Shown here piece by piece: positions 53,655 to 63,820 of a DNA stretch of 64,000 bases. The first letter of the stretch is position 1. Every line of letters starts with the position of its first letter. Made by a program: the position numbers and the translations under genes. This DNA is from Candidatus Fraserbacteria bacterium (GTDB lineage Bacteria; Bipolaricaulota; Bipolaricaulia; RBG-16-55-9; DRXL01), in NCBI GenBank assembly GCA_947085185.1, contig CAMTVK010000003.1:128001-192000 (forward strand), in the 5' to 3' direction. The notes under the pieces were generated by a model, which was given only the letters and a program-made list of their open reading frames with translations, did no database searches and was not told the origin of the DNA.

Positions 53655-54950
53655 TTAAAACTTCACGCTCATCGAGGGGCTGATATAGAGCAGATATTCT
53701 CGGCGGAGCTGCACTTCGACACTGGCCAGCCAGGCCCATGTCCCCGGCCCGACCATCCCCCAGCTCATCTCTAATTTTTGGTTGTAGAACCCGTTGAGGA
53801 GCCCGCCCAAGAACGCCGTCTGCGAGCGGAATCGGAACGGCTCAAACTCAGCAAGAATCTCGATGATATGCAGCAGCCCTACTGGGTCTTGGACGACCAG
53901 CTCGTCCTTGAATGAGAGCGCTTCCCACTGTACGGAGAAGCTGAAGCGTTTGGCGGGGAATTGAAAGAGCCCATTGGGATCGATGAACTCGATCTCAAAG
54001 AGCCCGTCCCCAACTTGCGCAGTCCAGCCAAAGCTCACAAACGACGGGGTCGCTAAGTCATGCAACACGATCTTCTGCTGCACGACCGCTCCCAACACAG
54101 AGACGCGCAACGAAAGGACGATCTGCGAGAGCTCGATCGTCGTAAAATCAAAAGCGATCTCGGCACCAAGCGTCACCCCAGCGATCGTCAGATTCCTGAT
54201 GATAAGTTTTTCTTCTTGGAACTCAAGGCCGGGCACCACGCGGCCCTCAAAATATCTCTCTAGGAGTTTGCACTCGCCAAAGCACTCCCAGCCCTGGCGG
54301 GCTCCTATATAAGTTTGAGCGACGATCTCAGCTCCGCCGGGGGTGAGACCCCCAGCTTCGAAGATCAGCCCGCTTTGGAAGTCTGGCTGATTGACTGCTC
54401 CAAAGTTCGCGATGAGCATGGTGAGGGAGAACCTCACGCCTAGAACGTCGAGCGCCATCTGACTGATGAGCTTGCGGAACTGCACAGGGTCGTCTACGGT
54501 GGGGGCGAGCAATTTTGCCATATCCAAGGGCGAAGCGAGCTCGTCTATAAACATTCGCAAGGGGACGCCGACCAGCCCTGGGTCGGGTTGGGCAAACTGC
54601 ACCGTCCAGAAGGGGTCATCGTCCACTTCGAGAATATTGGGGGCGAAGATGAGGACATTGCGGAAGGAGATGACCATGCCCGCTTGGATCTCGAACGCCT
54701 GGAATTCTGCGCCTCTGAAGCTGAAGACACTCGTGCTGGTGATGGCCAGCCCGCTGATGAACAGCGTCAGCCGCAAGCTTGTCTCGGCGTCCACGTTGAT
54801 CTGGTCTATCTTGGTCTGGCCGGGGTTGAGCGGCTCGAAGAAGACCGCCACGGCGATCTCCCCTGATACCGGAGCTGCGGTGCCAAGTTCGAAGTTCCAA
54901 GTTACAAGTTGAAAGAAGACAGTAAGACCAATACACACGAATCTCTTCAT
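53655..54950 (-). CDS. exported beta-strand-rich protein, possible outer-membrane barrel
   Basis: Signal peptide, alternating hydrophobic pattern, C-terminal Phe (MSVKF). Confidence 0.55.
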   Translation of the reverse strand: MKRFVCIGLTVFFQLVTWNFELGTAAPVSGEIAVAVFFEPLNPGQTKIDQINVDAETSLRLTLFISGLAITSTSVFSFRGAEFQAFEIQAGMVISFRNVLIFAPNILEVDDDPFWTVQFAQPDPGLVGVPLRMFIDELASPLDMAKLLAPTVDDPVQFRKLISQMALDVLGVRFSLTMLIANFGAVNQPDFQSGLIFEAGGLTPGGAEIVAQTYIGARQGWECFGECKLLERYFEGRVVPGLEFQEEKLIIRNLTIAGVTLGAEIAFDFTTIELSQIVLSLRVSVLGAVVQQKIVLHDLATPSFVSFGWTAQVGDGLFEIEFIDPNGLFQFPAKRFSFSVQWEALSFKDELVVQDPVGLLHIIEILAEFEPFRFRSQTAFLGGLLNGFYNQKLEMSWGMVGPGTWAWLASVEVQLRREYLLYISPSMSVKF

Positions 54951-55459
54951 GGCGCGATGATCACCACCTGGCCGGCACTGGGGGGACCTATGGGGATAGG
55001 ATTCCCAACCCTATCGGTGAAGAGATCGACGGCTGTGATTGTCAGAGCTGTCGACGCTCCTACAGGGCCGACGGCTTGCACGGCCATCTCGATGATGGGA
55101 ATTTCGAGCGCCCCCAGCCCTGCCGCAATGATGGGCCGGATGCTCCCCCCAGGAAAACTCGCAACAAATTGTACCCAGCCCATAGTGTTATTGATCGTGC
55201 TCCCAAAGACGGTGAACCCATTCACTCCCGTCAGCCCTGTCACTTGAATGACCGAAGGATCGAACGTCAGCAGCCCGGTTGGGCCGACTTGAATGGTCTT
55301 GGCGTCCGGGGGATTTACAATGCTGATGCGGACGACGCCTGTGCCGCCGGCGGGCAGGTTCAGCGTGCCTACCGTCACGCGTGTGCGATAGGATCCCTCA
55401 CAGCCTGTTAAGATTCCGAGCATGATGCCAAGACAGAGAACCCACCGAGAGAGCTTCAT
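54947..55459 (-). CDS. cohesin-like domain lipoprotein
   Basis: Lipobox LTGC; LTFDPSVIQV, GWVQF, AVGPVGASTALTIT...D..GNPI. Confidence 0.6.
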   Translation of the reverse strand: MKLSRWVLCLGIMLGILTGCEGSYRTRVTVGTLNLPAGGTGVVRISIVNPPDAKTIQVGPTGLLTFDPSVIQVTGLTGVNGFTVFGSTINNTMGWVQFVASFPGGSIRPIIAAGLGALEIPIIEMAVQAVGPVGASTALTITAVDLFTDRVGNPIPIGPPSAGQVVIIAP

Positions 55460-58400
55460 CGGAGGATCACCAGTTTTTGGAGGCGGCTGCGCATGAGCGA
55501 GCCGTCTGCTCCTCGTACCAAGACGACATAGAGATAGACGCCGTTGGCCAGAGGACGTCCATCGTCAGTGAGGGCGAGCCAGTCCAGCTCTGCTCCCTTG
55601 CGCCACCCGCTGATGAAGAGAGCTTTTCCAGCAAGATTGAAGACTTGGACGTTCATCTCGACGATGCCCGACCCATAAGCGCGAAAGCGCATCAGTTGGC
55701 CTTGCGCGTGATATTCGGTGCGCTCGAGGGTCACGGCAGCAGCAGCTTGCAAGAGCGCTTGAGGCGTTCGCGCGTCGAGCGCAGGGCAGTACCCACGATA
55801 TCCGCGCGCGATCTCGCTGATCACCGTGACATCGCGCACATCGAGACCCCCAAATGGCGGCGCGACGTCGGCCGCAAGGCGTTGCGATTCGGTCAATCGA
55901 ATGCTCCCTAAGATCGCACGGGCGACAAGCTGCGCGTCGGCTTCTTCAACCAGGCCGTTGTTGTCCACATCTCCGCAGAGCAAGAACGAGCTCCCCAAGA
56001 CAGTTACCGTTGCATCGTGGGGTGTTGGCGTGCGCGGATCATCGCTGTACTGGGCAGAGATATTCGCCCCGGAGATCTGGGCTTGATTGGAGATCGTGAG
56101 CGCATCTTGGGGAACGGGGTTAATGATCCGGACGCGGAAGCTCACCCGCGTTTGTCCTCCGAAGGCCCCAACAGCTCCGAGATTAGCGCTCAGGGCGGAG
56201 TCCGTCGAACCTGGTGCTCCCCCGCTTGAGCTCGTCTTGAGCGTTTCCATAATAAGACGTGTCTTGGGGTCAGGCGTATCCGAGAGCACAATATCTGTCG
56301 CATCTCTCGTGCCGGCGTTGATGAGCACGAGGACATATTCGAGTATGTCTCCGGGGGTGATGGTGCCACTGTGGTCGGTGTCGTAGGCGAGAAAGACGTC
56401 CTTGGTAAAGTGCATCAGCGGCGCGGCAGCAATCACTGTCTTTGTTGGATCTTCTTGGGCAGGAGTATCAGGGTCGTCGCTCACTAAGCTTCCGACACCG
56501 GGGATATTGACGAGCGCTTGGGTGGAGATGCTCGCGATGCTTGAGGGCAGAGAGTCTTTTATAGTCACATCAAACGAGACGGAAGCCGTGCCCCCAGCGC
56601 GCGCGATTCTGTCTATGAGAACCCCGACAGAGCTGTCCCCGACAGTGTTGCCCGACTGAACAATGCCCAGAGAAGTCCGCACGCTGCCCACAACAAGCTG
56701 GGTATTGAGATCGGGAGTATCGCTGAGGAAGACGTTGGTCGCGTCGGCGTTACCGATATTGATGAGCAAGATATGATAACTCAGGGTGTCGCCGGGGCTG
56801 GGGAGACCGTCGCCGTTGGCGTCGTTCTTCAAAAAAGCTCTCATTGTCATTAAGACGTAGGGTTGGTCCATGGCGATGGTGCGGGTCGGGTCATCGACGG
56901 CGGGGGTAGTAGGATCATCGCTTACGAAGCTTGGGGTGTTTTCGCTGCTGACGAGGGCGTGATTGGAGATCGACACGACGCCGCCGGGGAGTGGGGCATT
57001 GACGCCGACGCGGAACGTGATCGTCGCGCTCTTGCTATTGGCCATCAGTGTGCCGAGATTGACTTGAACGGATCGGTCGTTCTCGGCATTGCCCTTCGTC
57101 ACGGCCCCTTGGGTGGTCGTGACGCTGCCGATCACGAGCGTCACGTTCGGGTCGAGGCCATCGGAGAGCACGACCGATCCGACATTCTCGCGACCCACGT
57201 TCTGTACGGTGATCGTATATTTGATAATATCTCCGGGGCTGGGCTGGCCGTCCCCGTCAAGATCGTTAAAAATCGAGAAAGTCTTGGACACCCGCAGGAG
57301 CGGCCCAGTGCTGACGATGATCTCCGTGGGATCGAGAGGAGCGAGCGTCGTCGGGTCATCGGTGGGCTCGTCGGGGAGCTCATTACTCGAGATGATCCCC
57401 TGGGCGCGAACGAGGGGCGTCCCTGGGGGCAGTGGGCTTTTGATGCGCACCCGCAACTGAATCGTCTCTGATGCGCTAGGGCTCAAAGTCCCAAGGTCCA
57501 CACGAACTTGGGAGCTTGAGACTGTCGTCCCGCTTGTTGCCGTGACGCTGTCTGGGAGAAGGGCCGTCTTGGGATCGGGAGTAAAGCGGAAGACGACGCC
57601 GGTGGCCGGAGCCGGACCGATGTTGGTGACCGTGACGCGGTACTCGATAGTATCGCCGGGGCTTCCTCCCAGCGGGGGAGTATCTTCAACGAGAGAGGCT
57701 GTAAGTATTGCTCGCAGGTGCGGGCTGTGCGTCGCTGATCCTACGGTGGTCGTCAAGGATGCTGAATTATTGGCTGTATTGGTCTCAGCAGAGTTGGTCA
57801 TCGCTTGGGCGATGGTCTTCAATTCTGTGCCCGTAGGGACGGAGCTTTGTACGGATATTTGGACGCTGAGCGAGCCGCCCTGCCCACTGTGAAGCGAACC
57901 GATCGAGAATGTCAAGGTCTGTCCAGAATTGTTTGTGGGCGGTGGGCTGGCGCTGACAAACTGCGTGCCGTTGGGAAGGGTGAGGGTAATCTGGAGGTCT
58001 TCGGCGACGGACGGTCCGGCGTTGTGATAGTGCACCATGAGATTGAGCGAGCTGCCGGGAAGGACGGTCGTAGGGCCGGAGATGCCCAGCTGCACATCCG
58101 TGGAGCTGTTGGCACACGCCGTGTCCGAAGCAACGATCGAGCTCGAATTGATGGTCCCTTGGGCAGTGTTGCACATGATATCAGCCGAGGTGGCCGTGGC
58201 TTGGAAGCCCACGGTGCCCGCGGGGTTCTGCCCAGAGGGGACGGGATCGAGGATGACCCAGCGGAGCGCAGTGACGCGGGCAGCAGAAGCTGGCTCTGTC
58301 GTCACAAACGTTGCGCCGCCATCTGTAGACCAGAGCTTGAGACACGTATGGCTGCACGTCGAGCTTCCGGCCACATATGTGACTTCAGAAGGCAGAATAT

Positions 58401-59493
58401 CTGTGATCGTGACGCCGTTGCCTGAGGTGGGATCGCCGATGGCTGCTCCGCCCGAGTTGCCGTAGGCGATAGAGTACGTAAGAGTTGTCCCCGGTGTTGC
58501 GGACGTTGGGGTGACGGATTTATCAATGAGCAGCCTGCCGAGGGTGTCGCGGACTTGAATAGTGAGCGTGATCGCGCCGATATCGGCGTTAAATTTGTGT
58601 CCGCTGCCTGAGGCGGCTTGCTGATAGGGCACAAGAGTTGTTGAGCACGCGCGCACCCCTATGAACGTGTACTTGACGTAATCGGGAGGGGTGCGGGTGT
58701 AGTTTGGCGGCGGGTTGTGTGAGCCGATGCCAGAAAAATAGAGCTGATCGCTATAGGGCGTCGCTCGGATGCTGGTGAGCATGACTTCGGTGCGCACGAG
58801 TCTCAAGCACGTCGGATCGAAGCTGGGATTGCTGACGGGCTGAAGCCAAGCGTCTTCGATGGCTTCTGGGCCAGGCCCCACGGCTCCTAAATCGAATCCC
58901 GTGATCGTGACCGTGACGAGCTGCCCAACGCCGATCTGGTTTGAGCTTGGCTCGACGGTGACCGAGCCGTCGGTGGGCAGGATTCTGCTGGAGCTTGCCG
59001 CGGAGGAGTTTTTCGTGTGCAAGGTCGCGCTCTGAGAGGCGCCGCAATTGTTCTCTGATGTTGCCCACACTGAGTACGGGTACGAGATATCGGACGTGTT
59101 GGGATAGAGCACGTGCCAATAGACCGTGCGCGTTGCTCCTGGAGGAAGGTTTCCCAAAGGGCGCGTGGCTTCGCGTGGGGAGCCGAGCATCTGGAGGCTC
59201 TCTGCGCCGACGGATTCGAATGTGCCAGGGGTTGTGCCGTCGCCGATGAAGAGCGTCACGTTCTTGATGGGATTTGATCCGGTGTTTTGTATTCTCACGG
59301 AGAGCGTCGCTACTTTCGGTCCCTCTGAAGAGACTACAGCAAATGGGCTGGACGTGATCGTGAGAGCAAGCGGGCAGCTTAACGCAGCTGAGCGGGACGA
59401 CAAGGTGAAGAGCATTGGGGAAGCAGCAACCATGGCGAGGAGCAATAGCCGGGAACTTCGAGCTTGACACGTGGAACTTGTCACTCTCTTCAT
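55456..59493 (-). CDS. large surface protein: DUF11 Ig-like repeats, dockerin-like module, T9SS/FlgD-like tail
   Basis: PGD-x-(I/L)-x-Y and SDDP-x-TP repeats; CGDVDNNG..DA...AADV..DV; VFNLAG...LANGVYLY...KLVILR. Confidence 0.78.
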   Translation of the reverse strand: MKRVTSSTCQARSSRLLLLAMVAASPMLFTLSSRSAALSCPLALTITSSPFAVVSSEGPKVATLSVRIQNTGSNPIKNVTLFIGDGTTPGTFESVGAESLQMLGSPREATRPLGNLPPGATRTVYWHVLYPNTSDISYPYSVWATSENNCGASQSATLHTKNSSAASSSRILPTDGSVTVEPSSNQIGVGQLVTVTITGFDLGAVGPGPEAIEDAWLQPVSNPSFDPTCLRLVRTEVMLTSIRATPYSDQLYFSGIGSHNPPPNYTRTPPDYVKYTFIGVRACSTTLVPYQQAASGSGHKFNADIGAITLTIQVRDTLGRLLIDKSVTPTSATPGTTLTYSIAYGNSGGAAIGDPTSGNGVTITDILPSEVTYVAGSSTCSHTCLKLWSTDGGATFVTTEPASAARVTALRWVILDPVPSGQNPAGTVGFQATATSADIMCNTAQGTINSSSIVASDTACANSSTDVQLGISGPTTVLPGSSLNLMVHYHNAGPSVAEDLQITLTLPNGTQFVSASPPPTNNSGQTLTFSIGSLHSGQGGSLSVQISVQSSVPTGTELKTIAQAMTNSAETNTANNSASLTTTVGSATHSPHLRAILTASLVEDTPPLGGSPGDTIEYRVTVTNIGPAPATGVVFRFTPDPKTALLPDSVTATSGTTVSSSQVRVDLGTLSPSASETIQLRVRIKSPLPPGTPLVRAQGIISSNELPDEPTDDPTTLAPLDPTEIIVSTGPLLRVSKTFSIFNDLDGDGQPSPGDIIKYTITVQNVGRENVGSVVLSDGLDPNVTLVIGSVTTTQGAVTKGNAENDRSVQVNLGTLMANSKSATITFRVGVNAPLPGGVVSISNHALVSSENTPSFVSDDPTTPAVDDPTRTIAMDQPYVLMTMRAFLKNDANGDGLPSPGDTLSYHILLINIGNADATNVFLSDTPDLNTQLVVGSVRTSLGIVQSGNTVGDSSVGVLIDRIARAGGTASVSFDVTIKDSLPSSIASISTQALVNIPGVGSLVSDDPDTPAQEDPTKTVIAAAPLMHFTKDVFLAYDTDHSGTITPGDILEYVLVLINAGTRDATDIVLSDTPDPKTRLIMETLKTSSSGGAPGSTDSALSANLGAVGAFGGQTRVSFRVRIINPVPQDALTISNQAQISGANISAQYSDDPRTPTPHDATVTVLGSSFLLCGDVDNNGLVEEADAQLVARAILGSIRLTESQRLAADVAPPFGGLDVRDVTVISEIARGYRGYCPALDARTPQALLQAAAAVTLERTEYHAQGQLMRFRAYGSGIVEMNVQVFNLAGKALFISGWRKGAELDWLALTDDGRPLANGVYLYVVLVRGADGSLMRSRLQKLVILR

Positions 59494-59677
59494 AGCACCT
59501 CACTGAGCGTTGGGGCGTAGTCGCTCTGAATTGTAAAGGGTGTGGGGCGAGGAGAGGGTGTCTGAGGTCTACATGTGGGCGTGACTTCTTCCGCAGGGCG
59601 GTGGACGCCTGGGGCATCCTGGCACAGACAGACGGCACTTGTTAGAATAGCCTCCATCTGAGAGGAAGGAGCGAAGT

Positions 59678-59887
59678 ATGGGTGAGTTGATCTTTGCGAT
59701 TGTGATATTACTCAGTGGGATGATTGGGTTTATCGGGTTGGGGTATATGGTCTTTTCGCCGCCCACAGCGCCGAAGGTCTTTCTGGTTGCGGGGATCATA
59801 GGAATGATCGGGTTCTTTGGGTACGCGGTGCAGCGCGTGCGCGCGGAAAAGCGTGCCCAGAACACCAACACTGGTGAGCGAAAATAA
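59678..59887 (+). CDS. small two-TM membrane protein
   Basis: SD AAGGAG, two hydrophobic helices, basic tail. Confidence 0.65.
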   Translation: MGELIFAIVILLSGMIGFIGLGYMVFSPPTAPKVFLVAGIIGMIGFFGYAVQRVRAEKRAQNTNTGERK

Positions 59888-61411
59888 TTATTGTCCTCGA
59901 AGCAGATATTTTTGAATCTTCCCTGATGCTGTCTTGGGCAGCGTTGTGACAAACTCGATCTCCCGTGGGTGCTTGTAGGCAGCAAGCTCCCTTAAGCAGT
60001 GCTGCCGAATCTCTTCGGCCAATGACGCTGATGGCGTATAGCCAGGCTTGAGCACGATATACGCTTTCACCGTCTCCCCCTTACGCTCATCGGGAATCCC
60101 CACGACCGCACACTCCGCCACTGCCGGGTGCTCATAGAGCACATGCTCGACTTCTTTAGGAAAGACTTTCACGCCCCCCACGTTGATCATGTCCTTCACG
60201 CGGTCGACGATATAATAATAGCCCTCTTCGTCTACGTACGCCAAGTCCCCCGTATGAAAGAAGCCCTCATCGTCAAGAGCTTGGCGGGTCGCTTCGGGAT
60301 TATTGTGATAGCCCTTCATAACCATAGGGCCACGAACGCACAGTTCCCCTACTTGTCCGACAGGAAGACGCCTATTGTGCTCGTCCACGATCTTGCACTC
60401 GGCTCCTTCGATGGGCCAGCCGATCGAGCCGACTTTCGGGTATGGCGCGGCCAAATTGGTATGCGTGACCGGCGACGTCTCTGTCAAGCCATACCCTTCG
60501 TAGACGGTCACGCCGAGCTCCTTCTGCATCGCTTCGATCACGGGGACGGGCATCTTCGCGCCCCCGGAGCTGCAAAGCTTCAGCGAGCTCAAGTCATACT
60601 GCGTCACTTTCGCATGGTTTAAGAGATCAATATAGAGCGTGGGGACGCAGACCATGCTCGTGATCTTATGCTCTTGGATGAGCTGCATCGCGTGCTCGGC
60701 ATCCCATCGGAGCATCGGGTATATGGTGACCCCTAGTGAGAGCGGAGTGAGCATCAGCACGGTCATCCCAGTGATATGAAACATTGGGACGGGGACTAAG
60801 AGTCGCTCTCCGGCGCCCTTGGCCTGCATGAGCTTCATCACAGCTTGAATATTGCTGCTCAGATTCTTATGAGTGAGCAAGACGCCCTTGGGTTTTCCGG
60901 TTGTCCCTGACGTGTAGGGCATGAGGGCTAAATCGTCGTCGTCGCGCTCGACGAAGTGAGGCGGATGTGTGAGCAGCTCATCGAAGTTTGGGTGAGCTGA
61001 GCCAGCTCCGACGACGAAGACTTTGAGATCAGGGAGTTCCGCTGCAGCTTTTTCGACCTCTTCGAGCATGAAGCTCGGCGCGATGATGAGCTTTGCTCCA
61101 GAATCTGTAATCTGATGGATGATCTCGCGTTTTTTCAGGGTGGGGTTCATGGGGGTGGGGACGCAGCCGGCTTTGAAGCCGCCCCAGATCGCGATCACAA
61201 ATTGGGGCAGATTGGGCAGATAGACCGCGAAGCGATCTCCAGGCTCAAGCCCTAGGGCTTTCAGCCCCCCTGCAAATCGGCTCGTCCACTCAGAAAGCTC
61301 TCGGTACGAGATCACCCGTGGAGGGGCAACGTTGGGGATGCCGGGGAAGTACACAGCTGTCCTCTCTGGGGACCGTTGGGCAGCTCGTTCGAACAGATGG
61401 GCGACGTTCAT
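59888..61411 (-). CDS. long-chain fatty acid--CoA ligase
   Basis: YTSGTTGKPKG, GYGLTE, TGD, PKTASGK; start MNVAHL after AAGGAGG. Confidence 0.92.
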   Translation of the reverse strand: MNVAHLFERAAQRSPERTAVYFPGIPNVAPPRVISYRELSEWTSRFAGGLKALGLEPGDRFAVYLPNLPQFVIAIWGGFKAGCVPTPMNPTLKKREIIHQITDSGAKLIIAPSFMLEEVEKAAAELPDLKVFVVGAGSAHPNFDELLTHPPHFVERDDDDLALMPYTSGTTGKPKGVLLTHKNLSSNIQAVMKLMQAKGAGERLLVPVPMFHITGMTVLMLTPLSLGVTIYPMLRWDAEHAMQLIQEHKITSMVCVPTLYIDLLNHAKVTQYDLSSLKLCSSGGAKMPVPVIEAMQKELGVTVYEGYGLTETSPVTHTNLAAPYPKVGSIGWPIEGAECKIVDEHNRRLPVGQVGELCVRGPMVMKGYHNNPEATRQALDDEGFFHTGDLAYVDEEGYYYIVDRVKDMINVGGVKVFPKEVEHVLYEHPAVAECAVVGIPDERKGETVKAYIVLKPGYTPSASLAEEIRQHCLRELAAYKHPREIEFVTTLPKTASGKIQKYLLRGQ

Positions 61412-61425
61412 AGCGAGACCTCCTT

Positions 61426-61707
61426 TCATAGAATCTCCATGTGATAATCTTCGATCGTGATATCTTTGCGGTGTCCTATAGCTTCGACGAGCTTGTCCAG
61501 GAGCGCGTTATTGACCCGCCCGTCATTGCAGACGATCGCTGCCCCAAGCACGGCTGACTTCCAGTCGTCCAAGCGATCAATCTCCGCGATGGAGACGTTA
61601 AATGTGCGGCGCATCTGGGCGATGAGACTCTGGAGGATGTGGCGCTTCTCTTTGAGGGAGGACGGCTCATGCAGGCGCAGCGTCAGGCGCACCACCCCGA
61701 TCTTCAT
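61426..61707 (-). CDS. DUF503 (YlxP) protein
   Basis: SLKEKR, FNVSIAE; usual position after infB. Confidence 0.88.
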   Translation of the reverse strand: MKIGVVRLTLRLHEPSSLKEKRHILQSLIAQMRRTFNVSIAEIDRLDDWKSAVLGAAIVCNDGRVNNALLDKLVEAIGHRKDITIEDYHMEIL

Positions 61708-61771
61708 ACGACCACCCCAAACGAACCTCACCCCCTGCAGAAGAGGAGCCGGGGGAGAGGTCTCGCAAATC

Positions 61772-63613
61772 TCAGAACTCTTTGACGACCTCGCGCGTGT
61801 AGAACTCAAGCATATCGCCGACTTGAACCTTCTCGAACCCTGCGATCTTGATGCCGCACTCCTTCCCCTGCTCGACCTTCTTGACGTCTTCGGTGAAGTG
61901 CTTGAGGCTGGCTAACGCCCCATCGAAGATCACGGCGTTCTCGCGCTTGACGCGCACCCGCGCCTCCCGCAGGACTCGTCCGTCGCGCACATAACAGCCG
62001 GCAATCGTGCCGACGTTGGGAATCTTGAAGACGTGACGCACTTCAGCTTCACCGATCTTCGTCTCGCGGATCTGTGGGGCGACCAGCCCTTGCAGGGCTT
62101 TCTTCACGTCGTCGGTCAATTGATAGATAATATCATAGACGCGAATGGGCACACCCTCCTGATCGGCGAGCTTGGCGGCCTTGTCGTCCACGGCTATGCG
62201 AAATCCAATGATCGCAGCGTCTTTGGCCGTTGAAGCGAGCAAGACGTCGCTCTCATTGATGTTGCCGATGCCCTCGTGCAAAAATTCTAGCTGCACTTGC
62301 TCGACTCTTATGGTTTTCAGTTCGTTGCGCACTGCCTCCAGACAGCCGACGCTGTCGGCTTTCAGAACGATCCTCAAGACGCGTCGTTTCGAGTGAGCCA
62401 GCTCTTGCTGTCTGAGAATATCTTCGATAGTGCGGCGCGATCTTTCCAGGCGCTTGCGACGCATCTCTTCAAGACGAGCTTCGGCGATCCGCTTGGCTTC
62501 CATCAGGTCTTGCAGGACCTCGAAGCGTTCTCCCGCTCCAGGGACGTCCGAAAGCCCCAGGACTTGCACAGCAGAGCCAGGGCCAGCTTCGCTCACCCGC
62601 CGTCCTCGGTCGTCCAACAGCGCGCGGATGCGCCCATAGGCCGTGGAACAGAGCATCACATCGCGTTCGCGCAGCGTCCCCTCTTTGACGATCACGGTTG
62701 CCAGAGGGCCACGGGTCGCATCGAGCGAGCTCTCAATCACGACCCCCTGAGGCGGGGCCTGAGGATCGGCTTTCAGCTCCTGGAGTTCTGCGACTAATAC
62801 AATCATCTCTAACAGATCGTCCACCCCCTGACCGGTGATCGCCGAGATGGGCACGGTGATAATATCGCCGCCCCAGTCTTCGGGGGTCAGCCCTTCGCGA
62901 GCGAGCTGTTCTTTCACGCGCTGCACGCTCGCCGTGGGTTTATCTATTTTATTAATAGCGACGATGATGGGCACGTTGGCGGCGCGGGCATGGCTGATCG
63001 CTTCGCGGGTTTGCTCCATGACGCCGTCATCTGCAGCAACGACCAGCACGACGATATCCGTCACTTGGGCACCGCGGGCGCGCATGTTGGCGAACGCCTT
63101 GTGCCCGGGTGTATCAATGAACGTGATCTTTTTGTTCTTATATTCTGCTTGATAAGCTCCGATAGATTGGGTAATTCCGCCGGCTTCTCCAGCGGCCACG
63201 CGCGTCTTGCGGATGTAGTCGAGCAGCGTGGTCTTGCCGTGGTCCACGTGCCCTAAGATCGTGACGACTGGGGGGCGGGCGACTTTGGTCTCTGGGCGTG
63301 GGGCTGGGGCGACAGCGGTGGATGCGGGCGTTGGCATGGGGCGCGGGACTTCGATCTTATGAGGAGCGGGTTCGACTTTTGGTGCGGAGATTGTCTGGGG
63401 GATTGGTGTTGGGGGTTCTGTGCGTCTTGGCTGAGAGACTGTGGGGTGGGGCGTAGGGGGAGCGGGGGCAAACAGCTCCCGCGCAATCTTATACTCTTCT
63501 TCGGTGAGGCTCTCGAAGCTGTGCTTGCGCTTTTTGATGCCTCGCTGCTCTAAGCGCTCGACCAGTTCCCCAATGGTCGTATTGAGTTCTTTGGCGACTT
63601 TATACAGCTGCAT
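61772..63613 (-). CDS. infB: translation initiation factor IF-2
   Basis: [22 protein letters not shown]; start [10 protein letters not shown] after AAGGAG. Confidence 0.96.
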   Translation of the reverse strand: MQLYKVAKELNTTIGELVERLEQRGIKKRKHSFESLTEEEYKIARELFAPAPPTPHPTVSQPRRTEPPTPIPQTISAPKVEPAPHKIEVPRPMPTPASTAVAPAPRPETKVARPPVVTILGHVDHGKTTLLDYIRKTRVAAGEAGGITQSIGAYQAEYKNKKITFIDTPGHKAFANMRARGAQVTDIVVLVVAADDGVMEQTREAISHARAANVPIIVAINKIDKPTASVQRVKEQLAREGLTPEDWGGDIITVPISAITGQGVDDLLEMIVLVAELQELKADPQAPPQGVVIESSLDATRGPLATVIVKEGTLRERDVMLCSTAYGRIRALLDDRGRRVSEAGPGSAVQVLGLSDVPGAGERFEVLQDLMEAKRIAEARLEEMRRKRLERSRRTIEDILRQQELAHSKRRVLRIVLKADSVGCLEAVRNELKTIRVEQVQLEFLHEGIGNINESDVLLASTAKDAAIIGFRIAVDDKAAKLADQEGVPIRVYDIIYQLTDDVKKALQGLVAPQIRETKIGEAEVRHVFKIPNVGTIAGCYVRDGRVLREARVRVKRENAVIFDGALASLKHFTEDVKKVEQGKECGIKIAGFEKVQVGDMLEFYTREVVKEF

Positions 63614-63679
63614 TCTCAGAAGACTCCTTTGCACCCGCACGCTCAACGTAGAAGTGCTTTTAGAATCTGGCAAATTTAC

Positions 63680-63708
63680 ACTATACCGCGTGCGAGCGGA
63701 TTTGTCAA
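63680..63708 (-). promoter_or_regulatory. sigma70 promoter of infB
   Basis: TTGACA-N17-TATAGT. Confidence 0.75.
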
Positions 63709-63820
63709 ACTGCCCCCTTGCAGATGGCTGTGACAACGGCTATAATTTAAGCTGTCGTAGATCATCTTTCACTATGAGCTACGTCACAAGATCGCGCAAG
63801 CTGGGGGAGCCCAAACGAAT

